64,000 nucleotides of DNA from Octopus bimaculoides (taxonomy: Eukaryota), in contig NC_068990.1 of NCBI RefSeq assembly GCF_001194135.2, forward strand, positions 19,400,606-19,464,605. Direction: 5' to 3'. A model generated the notes under the pieces. The model was not told the origin of the DNA and made no database searches. It saw only the letters and a program-made list of their open reading frames with translations. Both the position numbers and the translations under genes were made by a program. Positions within the stretch are counted from its first letter, which is position 1, and each line of letters starts with the position of its first letter. Shown here piece after piece: positions 37,401-50,583 of this stretch.

Positions 37401-39426
37401 TTTTTCTATCTTATAAATATTAAATCATCATTGACATAGACATACACTTATAGTAGATGTGTCAAATGAAAGAACGGCTTTCGATATATAATGTAGCACG
37501 TTTTAATGCTGTTCTGATCAGAAAACCTGTTGAGTCAAACGTGAGTGAGGAAATAATAAATTCTGTCACAGAAAATTAGATCTTTAATATATTTACACAA
37601 ATTTTTGTTACCATAAAAAATTAAAATTGATACCATGTCTATATTCACACAAGAATTTTATCTTTTTTTATCCATCATTCTTTTCAAAAGTACAAAACGT
37701 TTTCCCTCATTTACTTTCGTTGCTTGCTGGGTTAATATTTGTTATAGCAACGATACATTACGATCATTTTACTCAGTGAAATCCTTCATATTATATACAT
37801 ACATTCATGTATAATTACCGTTTTCATTTCGCTTATCCATAGGTATTTCGACTGCCTATATAATGTAACTCGGATAATATAGGTTGAACACCATTTCATA
37901 ATGGATAAAATTAGTATGATGTGTTTTCTTATATATTTCTCCCTCCCCTACATTCTGAAGAAAAAAAATCATTGAAATCTTCTAACTTTAAAGTGCACAT
38001 TTTTGAAATAAAATACTATGGCATTCACAGTTTACCCAATGATATAACAGAACACAGTTTGATTATAATATCCATGTGATTTGAGCGTTTACAAGCTTTA
38101 TCACTTGGTCTATACCGTTCTAAAGGATTTCATAGCAATAATAATGTAGTTTCTTTAGCTAAAATGAGACAGGTAAAGATGGAACTCCATCCCGAGTAAT
38201 GTAGGCTCATAACACCGATTTCCTGGATTCTGCGATGTATATGCATCTCACTGGAGGGAACGTCGTTCTTTCTCATTTTTACCAGCTTTGTGGACAGACG
38301 CAACGTGGATTGAAGTGCTTTATGCAAGCACGCAACACGCTGATCTGTCTTCGAATCGAAATTATTACCTTGCGATCATGACTCTAATGCCTCGGAACCA
38401 ACATAGCTAAACAAATACTAATACATCATTGTCATTTGAAGTCTAAATCTTTGTGGCAGAAGTCACAGCCACCTTGTGCTCAGATCTTTATAGAAATACA
38501 CCACACTTCGAACACAACTTGGACCAGCATCTTTCACAAAGTCGCTACGTTATACGTATATCAATTAATTAACAAAACAGTAAAAGAAACAGAATGGCAT
38601 AGGCAGTAAATTTCTACACTGAAGGTATCACTTTACTAACTGCATCATCATTAAGAAAGTGACAGACGTTGTTAGCTAGCAATGTGTTGTTGTTATTTAA
38701 CACTAAATTCCAGCTGTGACGAAATTAATCTATGATCGGGTTTTTCCGACCGTACCCGGCTTGTCGATTATTTAAACATTACATTTAATACATCATTAAA
38801 TGGCCCGAGGGTTTTTCACACATTGTTATGGCAAAGCTGTTATTTCTATGAAATTCTAATAATAACTTAATGGTTCCTTCGTTTATACGCTTTCTAGTGT
38901 GCTGTTATGAAACTATATATCTCTAATGCTGGATTTGTACGTTCGTGTGTGTCATCGCGACTCAAAATTCATGTGTGAAATTTTTGTATTAAAATACCTT
39001 CGATGTTGCAGTGACATTACTCCTGTAGTGTTGACAAAATGTATTGAATTTATATGAACATTAATATATTCTATAGCAACCGTCTTCAATCCAACTAGGC
39101 TTTTCAAATTCAATGTTGCTACGAGGATATTATTTGTTTAATTTAGAAGTAAATGCTTATATAACACTGTTAATAAAAATATTATAGAATAATGTTATTG
39201 GAGATTGTATACATTGCTACTAAAATAAAGTGTTTCCAATCTATCAAAACAAGCTAAGATTTTGAACATTTGCTATGTCAAAGCATGCAGTTAAAAGGAT
39301 AGAAGGCTTTTAATAGGTTTTTTTTTAAATATTTACATGTGAAAGATGTACAAGTCATTCCCAAAAGTAAAAGAAAAAAAAACTATTTTGAAAGATAATA
39401 ATTTCTAAAATTCAAACTCAAGAAAC

Positions 39427-39474
<48 letters not shown>

Positions 39475-40184
39475 AATGTGTGTGTGTGTGCTGGTATAAA
39501 ATTATCAGTGTGATGTACGTATTGAAAAGAAAGTTGTAACATTGGACAACGTAATTTCTACTGTCAATGACCAAGTTAGATAGAATTGATCATGCGTCCA
39601 TACATAAATGTTTTTTAATCATTGACAGCAACTGAAGTGACAGATTCGTCCCAGAAGGTATTCTGACACATTAATGTATCTATTTAGCTTTTCATCTTTG
39701 ACTTCTTCTACCTGATTGTATGATTTCTCATTTTGCACTACCTACTTTTGTTTCTTTCCAATCTTGCTTCTTTGTGCGCAATACAGACATGCAGTAAAAA
39801 GAAAAAAGAGCAAAAGTTGTCTCGTTAAGTGCTACAATCAGTTAATTAATCTTATCAGTTAATGTATTTTGGCACATACTGATAAATTCCAACTAGCGTT
39901 CTCATCTTGGTCGTTAGGATCTGCAGTCTTCATTATGCAATTCAGAAATATAGCTGAGCTTTCATATTCTAGCTTCTTCGGGACGAAGTACATGTACATC
40001 TAGGGCATCCCACTAGCGGGAATTTAATACTTATCATTTATGCTGTGCAAAAAAAAAAGGGTTATTGTGGGCCAAATATCGTACAAAACATCTAACTTCT
40101 GATCAACGCATATTCTAACAAGGCAAGAAAGGCTGTCTATAGTAACATATATTTCTCAAATGTAGCATATTTTCAAGTATAAAG

Positions 40185-40574
40185 TTGTTGCTGTTGGCAC
40201 TTCGTCGCTTACGACGTCGAGGGTTCCAATTGATCCGATCAACGGAACAGCCTGCTCGTGACATTAACGTGTAAGTGGCTAAGCACTCCACAGACACGTG
40301 TACCCATAACGTAGTTCTCGGGGACATTCAGCGTGACACAATGTGACAAGGCTGACCCTTTGAATTACAGGCACAACAGAAACAGGAAGTATGAGTGAGA
40401 GAATGTTGTGGTGGAAGAGTACAGCAGGGTTCACCACCATCCCCTGCCGGAGCCTCGTGGAGCTTTAGGTGTTTTCGCTCAATAAACACTCACAACGCCC
40501 GGTCTGGGAATCGAAACCGCGATCCTATGACCGCGAGTGCGCTTCCCTAACCACTGGGCTATTGCGCCTCCACT
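40185..40574 (-). mobile_element. Intact family-3 tRNA SINE with RTE-type (AAC) tail and perfect 10-bp TSD
   Basis: Head GGAGGCGCAATAGCCCAGTGGTTAGG...GGTTTCGATTCCC; tail GGAACCCTCGACGTCGTAAGCGACGAAGTGCCAACAGCAAC. TSD AAGTATAAAG at 40175-40184 and 40575-40584. Confidence 0.9.
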
Positions 40575-40639
40575 AAGTATAAAGATATAAGAATAAATAA
40601 CATAAGTAAAATAGACATATTGATTTGTCTGCCTTATAT

Positions 40640-40995
40640 TAGAAACATGTCGGAAAGATATAAATGCCTTCTGTCTGTACAGTATCTCGATATTATTCGA
40701 AAGCGGATTTGGAAGACGGAAACTGAAAGAAGCTTTCTATATACACATATATGTGTGTGTTTTCTTCTATCTGTCTCTCTTCGTTTGGGGTTGTCCCCCG
40801 CAACCGTTTGATGAACAGTATCGTTCTGGTTACATCACCGTAACTTCGCAGTTCGGAAGAATCACGGACAAAATAAAAGGGCGGACTCAAAAGAAATAAA
40901 TAACGGAACTGATTCTTTCGACTAGAATTCTTCCAGGTGGTGCACCAGTATGGCCGCAGTCTTATTACTGAAACAAATTAAAGATGAAAGATAAT
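40640..40995 (+). mobile_element. 5'-truncated family-2 SINE
   Basis: GGATTTGGAAGACGGAAACTGAAAGAAG ... GGTGGTGCACCAGTATGGCCGCAGTC. Confidence 0.8.
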
Positions 40996-41799
40996 ATATA
41001 AAAGCAGATTCTTTTTAAATGGAGGAACTGCGACGTACAAAAAGATTCAGTATCTCTCAAAACTAATAGAATGTTTTAAACTGTATAGAAACCGAGGAAA
41101 AAGCATATGAAAATATGAAAGTACTTGCATATTCGTTACGGTTTCTATTTAACGAATCTAAGTTGTCATATAATTTTAATGAAATAAATAATGAAATGTA
41201 AACCATATCTATGAAAAATAACTCATACCCTACGCGAAAAAAAAACATGTCAAAGAGTACATCAAATAAAATTAAAATATAGTTACGGGAAAGGTAATAT
41301 CAAGATAATTAATTATATCTTAAAAACTACACGAACCCATATTCACATAGAAATTCATACAAATCTCTTTGCGGAAAATTGTAAATTTAGTGTCAATTGA
41401 GATCAAATTATGATTGAGGATAAGGCCAAAGTGTCACCGACATATATAACACTTCTTTAATAACAAACACGCGTACGCGTCACACATTTACCAGTACATA
41501 CGCACGTAGACACACACACACACACATACATACACTCACATGCACGCACTCATATCTGTGGAGGATAATGCTTTACTTTTAATACATTTAACAAACCGCA
41601 AGGTTGACAGACAGACATGCATACATACATACACACACATACATACATACATAGAGACATACATACATACATAAACACATACATATATACACACATACAT
41701 ATATAAATACATAACTTAGATATCTTAGATATGTTTCGAGCAAAGATTGGTTCTGGCCATGTCTAATTCAATAGCAGCACCTGATAGGATTTGTTAAAT

Positions 41800-42790
41800 C
41801 TCTTTTAACTCTAGTTATGTGGTATCATGGTCCATTCGAGCAGGGAGTTCTTGTTGAGTGAGTTGTATCCAGATATACGTAGCTTATCTGGTATTCCATG
41901 AAGAAATTTGTCCAGATTCCGTTTAAAGGTAATAGGATCTTTTTCCTCTTTGGTCTGTTTCGGGACTACGTTAAAGATACGACAGGGCCTGTTGAGGAAA
42001 AGAAATTGTGCTGCAATGTATTTATGTGTAGCCATCCTGAATTGGGTAGGGGACGTATGGCCCGTGGTCCTAGCCTTAGAGTTTCAATGCTTTAAGGTGG
42101 TCCTAACAATCGAGATTAGTCATGCCCTTAATTCTTTTTTAATGAATGACGTATGGGGTGATTCAGTTTTCAAAATGTTTTGTTTTGCATGGAGAGACCA
42201 CAGTGGTGAAGCAGTATTCGGGGTGTGGCCGTACAAAGGAGGAGAAAAGAGGAATGATGACACCTTGTTCTGTGGACTCTAAGGTTCTTCTGGTCTAGGA
42301 TCTCATCCTACGAGCTTATTGTTGATGTGGGCACTCGAGGTGAGATTGTTGTCAACAATTACTCCTAGGTCTCTGATATTATTAGATGCTGTGAGTGGTT
42401 CTCTTAAAGGTAGAGAGTATGGCTGTTTTAGTATAGTCTTTCTTCCAAAATGCATCAGCTCAAATTCTCCCTCGTTTAGGTTTTGTCTGCCCATTGACTC
42501 GCAGCAAGTAGATCAGACTGGAGTTCAGTTCGGTCTTCTTCATTGATAATTTTCAGGAACTTAGAGTCATCAGCGAATATTTCCATTATGAAGTATTTTA
42601 CGACGCTGGAAAGATACTACAAAGAGGAGTAGGCCCAAGATTGTAAGTTGGTGACTACATTCATTTAGGAGACTAGCGGGGAATCTATCAGGGCCCACAA
42701 CAGAATAGTATTTATTGCTGCTATGATGTCTGAATCAGTAAAAGTTATGTCCGAGATTACATTTTGGGAATCGACTTCATTCACACATCC
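41800..42790 (-). mobile_element. CR1/L2-clade LINE reverse transcriptase remnant (frameshifted)
   Basis: Minus-strand fragments IMEIFADDSKFLKII (RT FADD motif), LNEGEFELMHFG, IRDLGVIVDNNL and FKRNLDKFLHGIPD, with several stops and frameshifts. Confidence 0.9.
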
Positions 42791-43651
42791 CTTACGTCAG
42801 TGTCAGTGGGATCACTAAAGACAGAGCAGGATTGTTTCTGTAGTACTTCTGCCATTCCTTTAGCATCATGTTGGATAATGCCGTTATCATATCTTTATCA
42901 TACATACATACATAGAGAATGCCGTTATCATACATACATACATACAAACTACATACATACATACATACATATAGGCAACGAGACAGATAAATAGAGATAG
43001 AGGTAGATAGATAGATAGATAGAGATAGTGAGAGAGAGAGAAGCACTTGTAATATGTACATAGAAACATGGTCTTTACCTATATATCTGCATGACTATGT
43101 AGGATGTAGGGTTAGTTTCATAAGTATCGAAGCTACTTCTGTATAAAACATCTAAAGTAAATTTTGATTCTCTGTATTAGGTGAATACGCTGATCATTGT
43201 GAGAAATTATACTGACCGTTCTTTATTTAAATAAGGTGTTTTTGACGTGGTCGATAACGTACAATGGCGTTGGTTTGATAGCTGTTGACACAACCTGTGG
43301 TTTGAATATCAACACAGAAATGGCATGGCCAGAATTAGGTCAGTTGTCGGAAAAAAGCATTAATAAAATTAAACGTCTAAGCAGCTCTTAATTGAATCAA
43401 TATCTTCTGATGTTTGTTCGGTAAATTGATAAGATTTTGTTATGATGATTTAGATTCTTCAGACTAAAAGACAAGAATAATATTTTTGCCATTTCCTTTC
43501 ACACGCTATGCTTTTATAATGTAACAAATCAACACTTTTTCAAGCGGTGGGATGAATGCAGAAAAACGCACAGGGAGATACATGAACACGCGTGCAATTT
43601 CACAGGGTCTCCTTCAAATAAATTCACTCACAATTATCAGTAATCCTAGGG

Positions 43652-43990
43652 CAATAGTTTTCAACTGGGGTCAATATAAGGGTTCACACAATTTTGAGGG
43701 TCCACACGACAAAAGAGTAAATTGGCGATCCACAATATTATTCTATGGGTCTCTGAAAAAAATTTGCTTTGCATGTATGTCTTGGTAAGTATTACAAGAA
43801 ACGGTTAGGGTTCTTTATCTGGCGTTTTATATAGTTCAATCTACACCAGTTAATGTGTGGAAAACAAAATAGGAACTTCGAAAGAGAGTTTCTGTAAAAC
43901 TAGTTTTTAAAAATCAAATGATTATAGGGATCCACCAGAATAAAATAGTAATTAGAGGAGTCCATTGATAAAAATGGTTCAGAACCCTTG
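43652..43990. mobile_element. hAT (Charlie-like) MITE
   Basis: TIR-like ends CAATAGTTTTCAAC / GTTCAGAACCCTTG. 8-bp TSD TCCTAGGG (43644-43651) / TCCTAAGG (43991-43998), 7/8 identical. Confidence 0.8.
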
Positions 43991-44252
43991 TCCTAAGGCT
44001 ATTGATCGAACATAGAAAGCACACCACTAGGTTAGAATTGAAACTGTAAGAATACTTCCGAGCGCCTAGCGACAATACATTTTATTTTCGCTTCGTAATA
44101 GATATATTGTTGTAGAAGAAGCTATGTCACCGATGTCCATTAACTCCGTTCATTTACAAAGAAAATTAGTGTTTTAAAGAAAATGTATTACCAGACTGGA
44201 ACTAAAGCCTGGCAAAGAAATGATTGTGCTTCAACTGATCGCTTGCTACATA

Positions 44253-44312
<60 letters not shown>

Positions 44313-44435
44313 ACTATATACATATGTGGGTGTGTGTGTGCACGATGTTTGTGTCTGTTTCTATGTGTATAGGTGTTTCTGTGCACGTACGTATTACTGT
44401 GTCCATGAGTGTGTGCGCATGAATCCGTGTATTTG

Positions 44436-44467
<32 letters not shown>

Positions 44468-44602
44468 AATATGAGAGAGAGAGTGAGAAAGATAGATAGA
44501 TAGATATACGTATACATATATGCATGTATATATGGATACACATATGCATATATACATTCATATATATATATGCATACATAGTTATTATATCTCACATACA
44601 TA

Positions 44603-44661
<59 letters not shown>

Positions 44662-44794
44662 ATAAAGACGCACTCATGTACGCATGTACACCGACACAGA
44701 AACACACACTCGCGCGCGCGCGCACGAACACACACACACACACACACACACACTCGTCGCGCGCGCAAGGACACACACACACATACACACTCAC

Positions 44795-44968
44795 CAAGTA
44801 AAAAGTACGAGCGCACAGACGCAAATGAATACATCTGTCATGACGTTAAAAGCAGTGGTGGTAGTGAAAGTAAAGAGAACAGCGTAGCGTTCCAAAATAT
44901 TGGCAAATTCAAGTATATTCTGTTGCTTAGCAACAGGCAAGTAACTCTCATGAAGTAGTAGCGAGTGG
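44795..44968 (-). CDS. Candidate 174-nt symmetric exon (phase 2-2)
   Basis: Acceptor gtgttttttcctaccag, donor TTG|gtgagt. One open frame, [32 protein letters not shown]...[12 protein letters not shown]. Confidence 0.35.
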
Positions 44969-45423
44969 CTGGTAGGAAAAAACACGTACAGTTGTTTAAT
45001 GGGTGTTTTTCAACCATTTCAAAAGCAGACCTCTTTAACATCTTCATATCGCTGAAATCTTAGAATTCTTTTAATTTTCATGCTTCAAGTCCTATCAGAC
45101 GTAATTTCAATTTTAGAAAAATTTAACGATGATGGCTAAAACTTCACCATTGATATGAACCACCGCCACGAACACTACTAACACCACTGCCGCCACCACC
45201 AGTGCTACTAGCGCCACCACAACCACCACAATAACCCCATACATGGCAAAATGAGGAGAGAAAAAAAACAAACAAACGAAAACGACGGTGGTTAGAGAAA
45301 ATTAAACAAATAAAGAATATAACAGCAGCATCAAGAATAAAACGGAGATAATTAAAAATAGCAATACGTACATACATACATACATACACACATATATAAA
45401 TATGTATATATGTGTATATATAA

Positions 45424-45476
<53 letters not shown>

Positions 45477-45643
45477 TTACATATATATATTTATATTTAC
45501 ATACATACATATATAAGTATGTATATATGTGTATATATAAATATAAACACACACACACACANNNNNNNNNNNNNNNNNNNNNNNNNNNNNNNNNNNNNNN
45601 NNNNNNNNNNNNNNNNNNNNNNNNNNNNNNNNNNNNNNNNNNN

Positions 45644-45684
<41 letters not shown>

Positions 45685-46167
45685 CCTCTCCAAGCAATAA
45701 CAATCATATAATTATCTTCGTTTTTCATCTAAACCGCCATCCACATTTACTAATGGTTTCTCTCTCTTTAAAGTAGATTTGGTAGCAATTGGACTACTTA
45801 AAACGAAAAGCAAAACAACAAATATGGCAGTTTCTCTTACCATCTCTCTTTCTCTCTTTCTACTTTATTTCTGTTAGTGTCTCTCTCTCTCTTTCACTTT
45901 CTCTCTTTCTCTCCCTCTGTATTTCGTTTACTCTGTCTTTTCTTCAAACTTTCTCGCTCTCACTGTCCCTCCCTTTCCTTATGTCTCTATCTCTATCTCT
46001 CTTACGAAAGCAAACGTGCGTGTGTGTGTGTATGCTCGCATTAACAATCATATTCTGCAATACGCAGTGGCGAACGAAGGTACATTAGCATGCATACTCT
46101 CACCCACTGTTATTGATTTTGTTAGTGACCAGTCATTAATTGTACTCACAGCGACTTGTGTAACTCG

Positions 46168-47030
46168 CTGAAGAAGAAGAAGAAGAAGAAGAAGAAGAAG
46201 AAGAAGAAGAAGAAGAAGGAAGAGAAGATGATGAAGAAGAAGGAAAAGATGAAGAAGACGAAGGAAAAGAAGATGAAGAAGAAGGAAAAGAAGGAAAAGA
46301 AAATGGAAGGAGAAGATGAAGAAGAAGAAAGATGAAGAAGAAGGAAGACGAAGAAGAAGAAGATGAAGAATAAGAAGGAAAAGAAGAAAGCAAAAAGAAG
46401 GAAAAGAAGGAAGATGAAGAAGGAGATGAAGAAGAGAAAGAAGATGAAGGAAAAGAAGAAGAAGAAGAAGAAGAAGAAGAAGAAGAAGAAGGAAGGCGAA
46501 AAAGAAGATGAAGAATAAGAAGGAAAAGAAGAAAGCAAAAAGAAGGTGAAGAAGGAGATGAAGAAGAAAAAGAAGGAAACGAAGAAGGAAAATAGAAGAA
46601 GAAGACGAAAAAGATGATGAAGAAGACGGAAACAAAGATGCTGAAGGAGAAGAAAAATATGACGAGGGCAATAATGATGATGATGATACCTGGTGATGCT
46701 GGTCGTGGTGTTGGTAATAATGATGGTGTTTTTGTCGATGATAATGATGATTGTGGTAGAGTTAATGATTGCGATGACAATAATGATTATGACGACGACC
46801 GTGTTGGAAATGACGACGATAATTATGTTTATGATGCTTCTGATGATTATAATGACCGTGATGATGATGATGATGATGATGATGATGGCGAGGATCATGA
46901 TGATGATGATGGCAATGGTGAAAAACAAATAATATAATCTAAAGTTTGTTGTTGTTCTTGTCTTTGTTGTCGTTGTTTGTTTTTGCTGCTGCCATTGTTG
47001 TTGTTGTTGCTGCTGCTGTTGTTGTTGTTG
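46168..47030. repeat. Compound trinucleotide low-complexity array: (GAA)n-rich, then (GAT)n, then (GTT/GCT)n
   Basis: Read directly. An internal exact 45-bp duplication sits at 46357-46401 and 46502-46546. Confidence 0.95.
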
Positions 47031-47907
47031 TTGCCGAATCCAGCTGAAAGATACGCAAATAAATTGCTAGCAAATATCATAAAGCGAACAGATGCGATAT
47101 AAATCGTAGCTCAGAGCAACAACATAGTTATCATTCGTAAATAATAATGAAGACATAACGTCAAAGTACAGATCGTCAAAGTAGAGTGGTAGAGTGTCAA
47201 AGACAGAGAGAGAAAAAGAGAAGAGAGAAAGAAAGAGAGAATAGGAGAGAGAGAGGAAGAAAGAGAGGCGCTTTTATGGAAGATCAAGCAGTGTACCGGA
47301 TATAATGTTCCTTTTAAAGACTTAGTTCAAATCTAGCTATAGTCGACTCCTCCTTTTATCATTCTTGGGGGCAAAAATGTAAGTAGTATTGAAATTCACT
47401 TTATCAAATGTTCTTCGCACGATTTGAAGATGTTTACGGCTGCTGGAATTCAAGATTACAGTGTGTATGGGTACGCATAGGCATGTATGCATGCACGTAT
47501 GCATGTATGTGAGTATGTTTGTAGGCAGGCATGTATGCATATATATATATATATATANNNNNNNNNNNNNNNNNNNNNNNNNNNNNNNNNNNNNNNNNNN
47601 NNNNNNNNNNNNNNNNNNNNNNNNNNNNNNNNNNNNNNNNNNNNNNNNNNNNNNNNNNNNNNNNNNNNNNNNNNNNNNNNNNNNNNNNNNNNNNNNNNNN
47701 NNNNNNNNNNNNNNNNNNNNNNNNNNNNNNNNNNNNNNNNNNNNNNNNNNNNNNNNNNNNNNNNNNNNNNNNNNNNNNNNNNNNNNNNNNNNNNNNNNNN
47801 NNNNNNNNNNNNNNNNNNNNNNNNNNNNNNNNNNNNNNNNNNNNNNNNNNNNNNNNNNNNNNNNNNNNNTATATATATACATTTGTATAATTATATGTAT
47901 GCATGTT

Positions 47908-47939
<32 letters not shown>

Positions 47940-48419
47940 TATATACATGTATAAATATATTCATGCGTGTATATATATATATATATATACACACATACAT
48001 ACAGTGTATATATTCATACAGATTGAGGGACAAAAAGTGAGAGTAAAAGTGATAGCAAAAGTCAGTAAAATGGCGAAAACTTTAGAGAAATGCTTAAAAC
48101 GTTCATTCATTATTGACTTGCGTGGTTTTAACTCCTGATTTCAAAATCTGCCGCTGTCGATTTTTATTTACGTCATTTCGGTATTTACATCATTCCGGTA
48201 TGAAGAACATAAATGACAGTTCAATATACGCTTCTACGAAATGCTTAGCCATTTGTGATTGTCAGAGTACGTTATATTTTAATATATTTTTCGGAGGAAT
48301 TTAGCTTTTGCAAGAAGCGTTCAGTGTAGCACCAACGTAAAAAAGCAGCAATATCAAAAGAGTGACTTATCATCATCATCATCTCTCTGTTTCTCTCTAT
48401 CCCTCTACACACACGCACG

Positions 48420-48469
<50 letters not shown>

Positions 48470-48835
48470 NNNNNNNNNNNNNNNNNNNNNNNNNNNNNNN
48501 NNNNNNNNNNNNNNNNNNNNNNNNNNNNNNNNNNNNNNNNNNNNNNNNNNNNNNNNNNNNNNNNNNNNNNNNNNNNNNNNNNNNNNNNNNNNNNNNNNNN
48601 NNNNNNNNNNNNNNNNNNNNNNNNNNNNNNNNNNNNNNNNNNNNNNNNNNNNNNNNNNNNNNNNNNNNNNNNNNNNNNNNNNNNNNNNNNNNNNNNNNNN
48701 NNNNNNNNNNNNNNNNNNNNNNNNNNNNNNNNNNNNNNNNNNNNNNNNNNNNNNNNNNNNNNNNNNNNNNNNNNNNNNNNNNNNNNNNNNNNNNNNNNNN
48801 NNNNNNNNNNNNNNNNNNNNNNNNNNNNNNNNNNN

Positions 48836-48875
<40 letters not shown>

Positions 48876-50466
48876 ATGTGTGTAAATTTAAATAATAATG
48901 GTGAAAAATCGAATATTAATTTGATGAATATCAATTTAAAACCAGTGGCCTAGCATATTGAAAAAATCTGAAGGTTCAGAAAAATTATATTACAAATATA
49001 TAAGAAGGATGACCACTAATTGGACATTCATTATGCTAGATGTAGACCCCATATGGTTTGACCACTAAGAAAGGATTGTTACATATACCGATTTGAAAAA
49101 GTTTCTTTCCGTGGTAGAAGTTTAAGTGTGGTACATGTTACTCGATGTGCGATTTATGTGAAAATAGTATTCTTTTTTTTCCTGTCTACGAAGAGAACAG
49201 CATAATGTAATCATGTGTTTAATGTTGCCCGACGAAAAGTTTATATCTCTTTCCTAGTAGAGTGAATTGACTGAGAGACCCAAGGATTTATGAAACAATC
49301 GATTCTTAATTGATGAAATACTAACGAATTTACTAATAATAAACATAGAACCAGTGCGTGCGTTTATAATTAGCATAGTACTCAATCCATTCCAAGATGC
49401 ATCAAAATGTATCCCAACACGCGAATTCACTTTAAAAATCTTACAAACAAAAAAAAACACGATATGGTGTTTAACTATTTTTTATTTACGATTTTATTAA
49501 ATGTTATGTACTGCATTCGTAATATATACATACACACACATACTGAGACACACTAATGCAGATACACATGCATACACACACCCTTACACGCATGTATATA
49601 TTCTTTTCCGTATTAATCTTTCAAGCTGTTGATGTGAAATCCTGTGTTGAAGCAGATACTGTTTTACAGCTGATGGGTCATGTTGCCTTTTAAATCCCAC
49701 GCACTAGTTGTATTTCCCTGCAGTTTTATTATCAAATTAATTGGGTAATTAGTTAGTTAATTAATTAAATAATTAATTTGTTAAAATCATTTTTCCTTTC
49801 GTCTGTGAAAATTATCGATATCGATGTACCCTTCCTTCGCTATCACACGCACACTTGTTATTCTCTTCATTCTGTGTAACATAATTTTCTTTCAACTACT
49901 TATATCTACAATGTGTGCATATTCATGATTTTCACCAAGTACAGTGGTGGTGAAATGTAAACAGATTTTATGGTGACTCCCGTTGTGTCTGTGTGTAGGA
50001 CGCGTGAATTTGTATTGCCCTGCAGGGGACTTATAGATTTGAAACTTTAGGCTACACAATACCACACCGTATATTCGTAAGTGTAAATGGGTGCATATGT
50101 ATATATGAGACTATGGATTTCTTTTTGCGTACATTTGTTTCCTATGGCTTCAGAGTAGTTGTTACTTTGTATATATTTTCCATTCGTGTCTAAGTACTAA
50201 GAGTCAGTGGTATCCATCGAAATATTCAAGTGTATTCATGTGCATTTCAAGTGTATTCATGTATATATACATAGAAAACAATACACACGAGTTGCACACA
50301 CACACATACACACACACATACACTGATACATTTATGTATGAACGCATTCATATATGCATTCATACATAAATACATATATGCATGTACACATGAATATATG
50401 CGCATGTGTATACGTCATATTTTATTTCGTTATTTTCTCTATTGTCATACTCTGGTGCTCAACAAG

Positions 50467-50583
50467 AGGATATTCAGACGCACTAAAATATCTTGGATTA
50501 AAACGCCATATTAGGGCCTTTATTGTGGTGGGTGTAATATTGGTTTTGGTGTCGGCTGCTGGATTATTAATCTCAGGATTGGG
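50467..50583 (+). CDS. Candidate 117-nt symmetric exon encoding a transmembrane helix
   Basis: Long pyrimidine tract + caag|, donor GG|gtaata. Reads GYSDALKYLGLKRHIRAFIVVGVILVLVSAAGLLISGLG. Confidence 0.3.

Noticed and set aside
46048-46937. 200-260 aa poly-F/L/S/I/D ORFs
   Set aside because: Produced by the trinucleotide array; the purine strand has in-frame stops and there is no domain signature.
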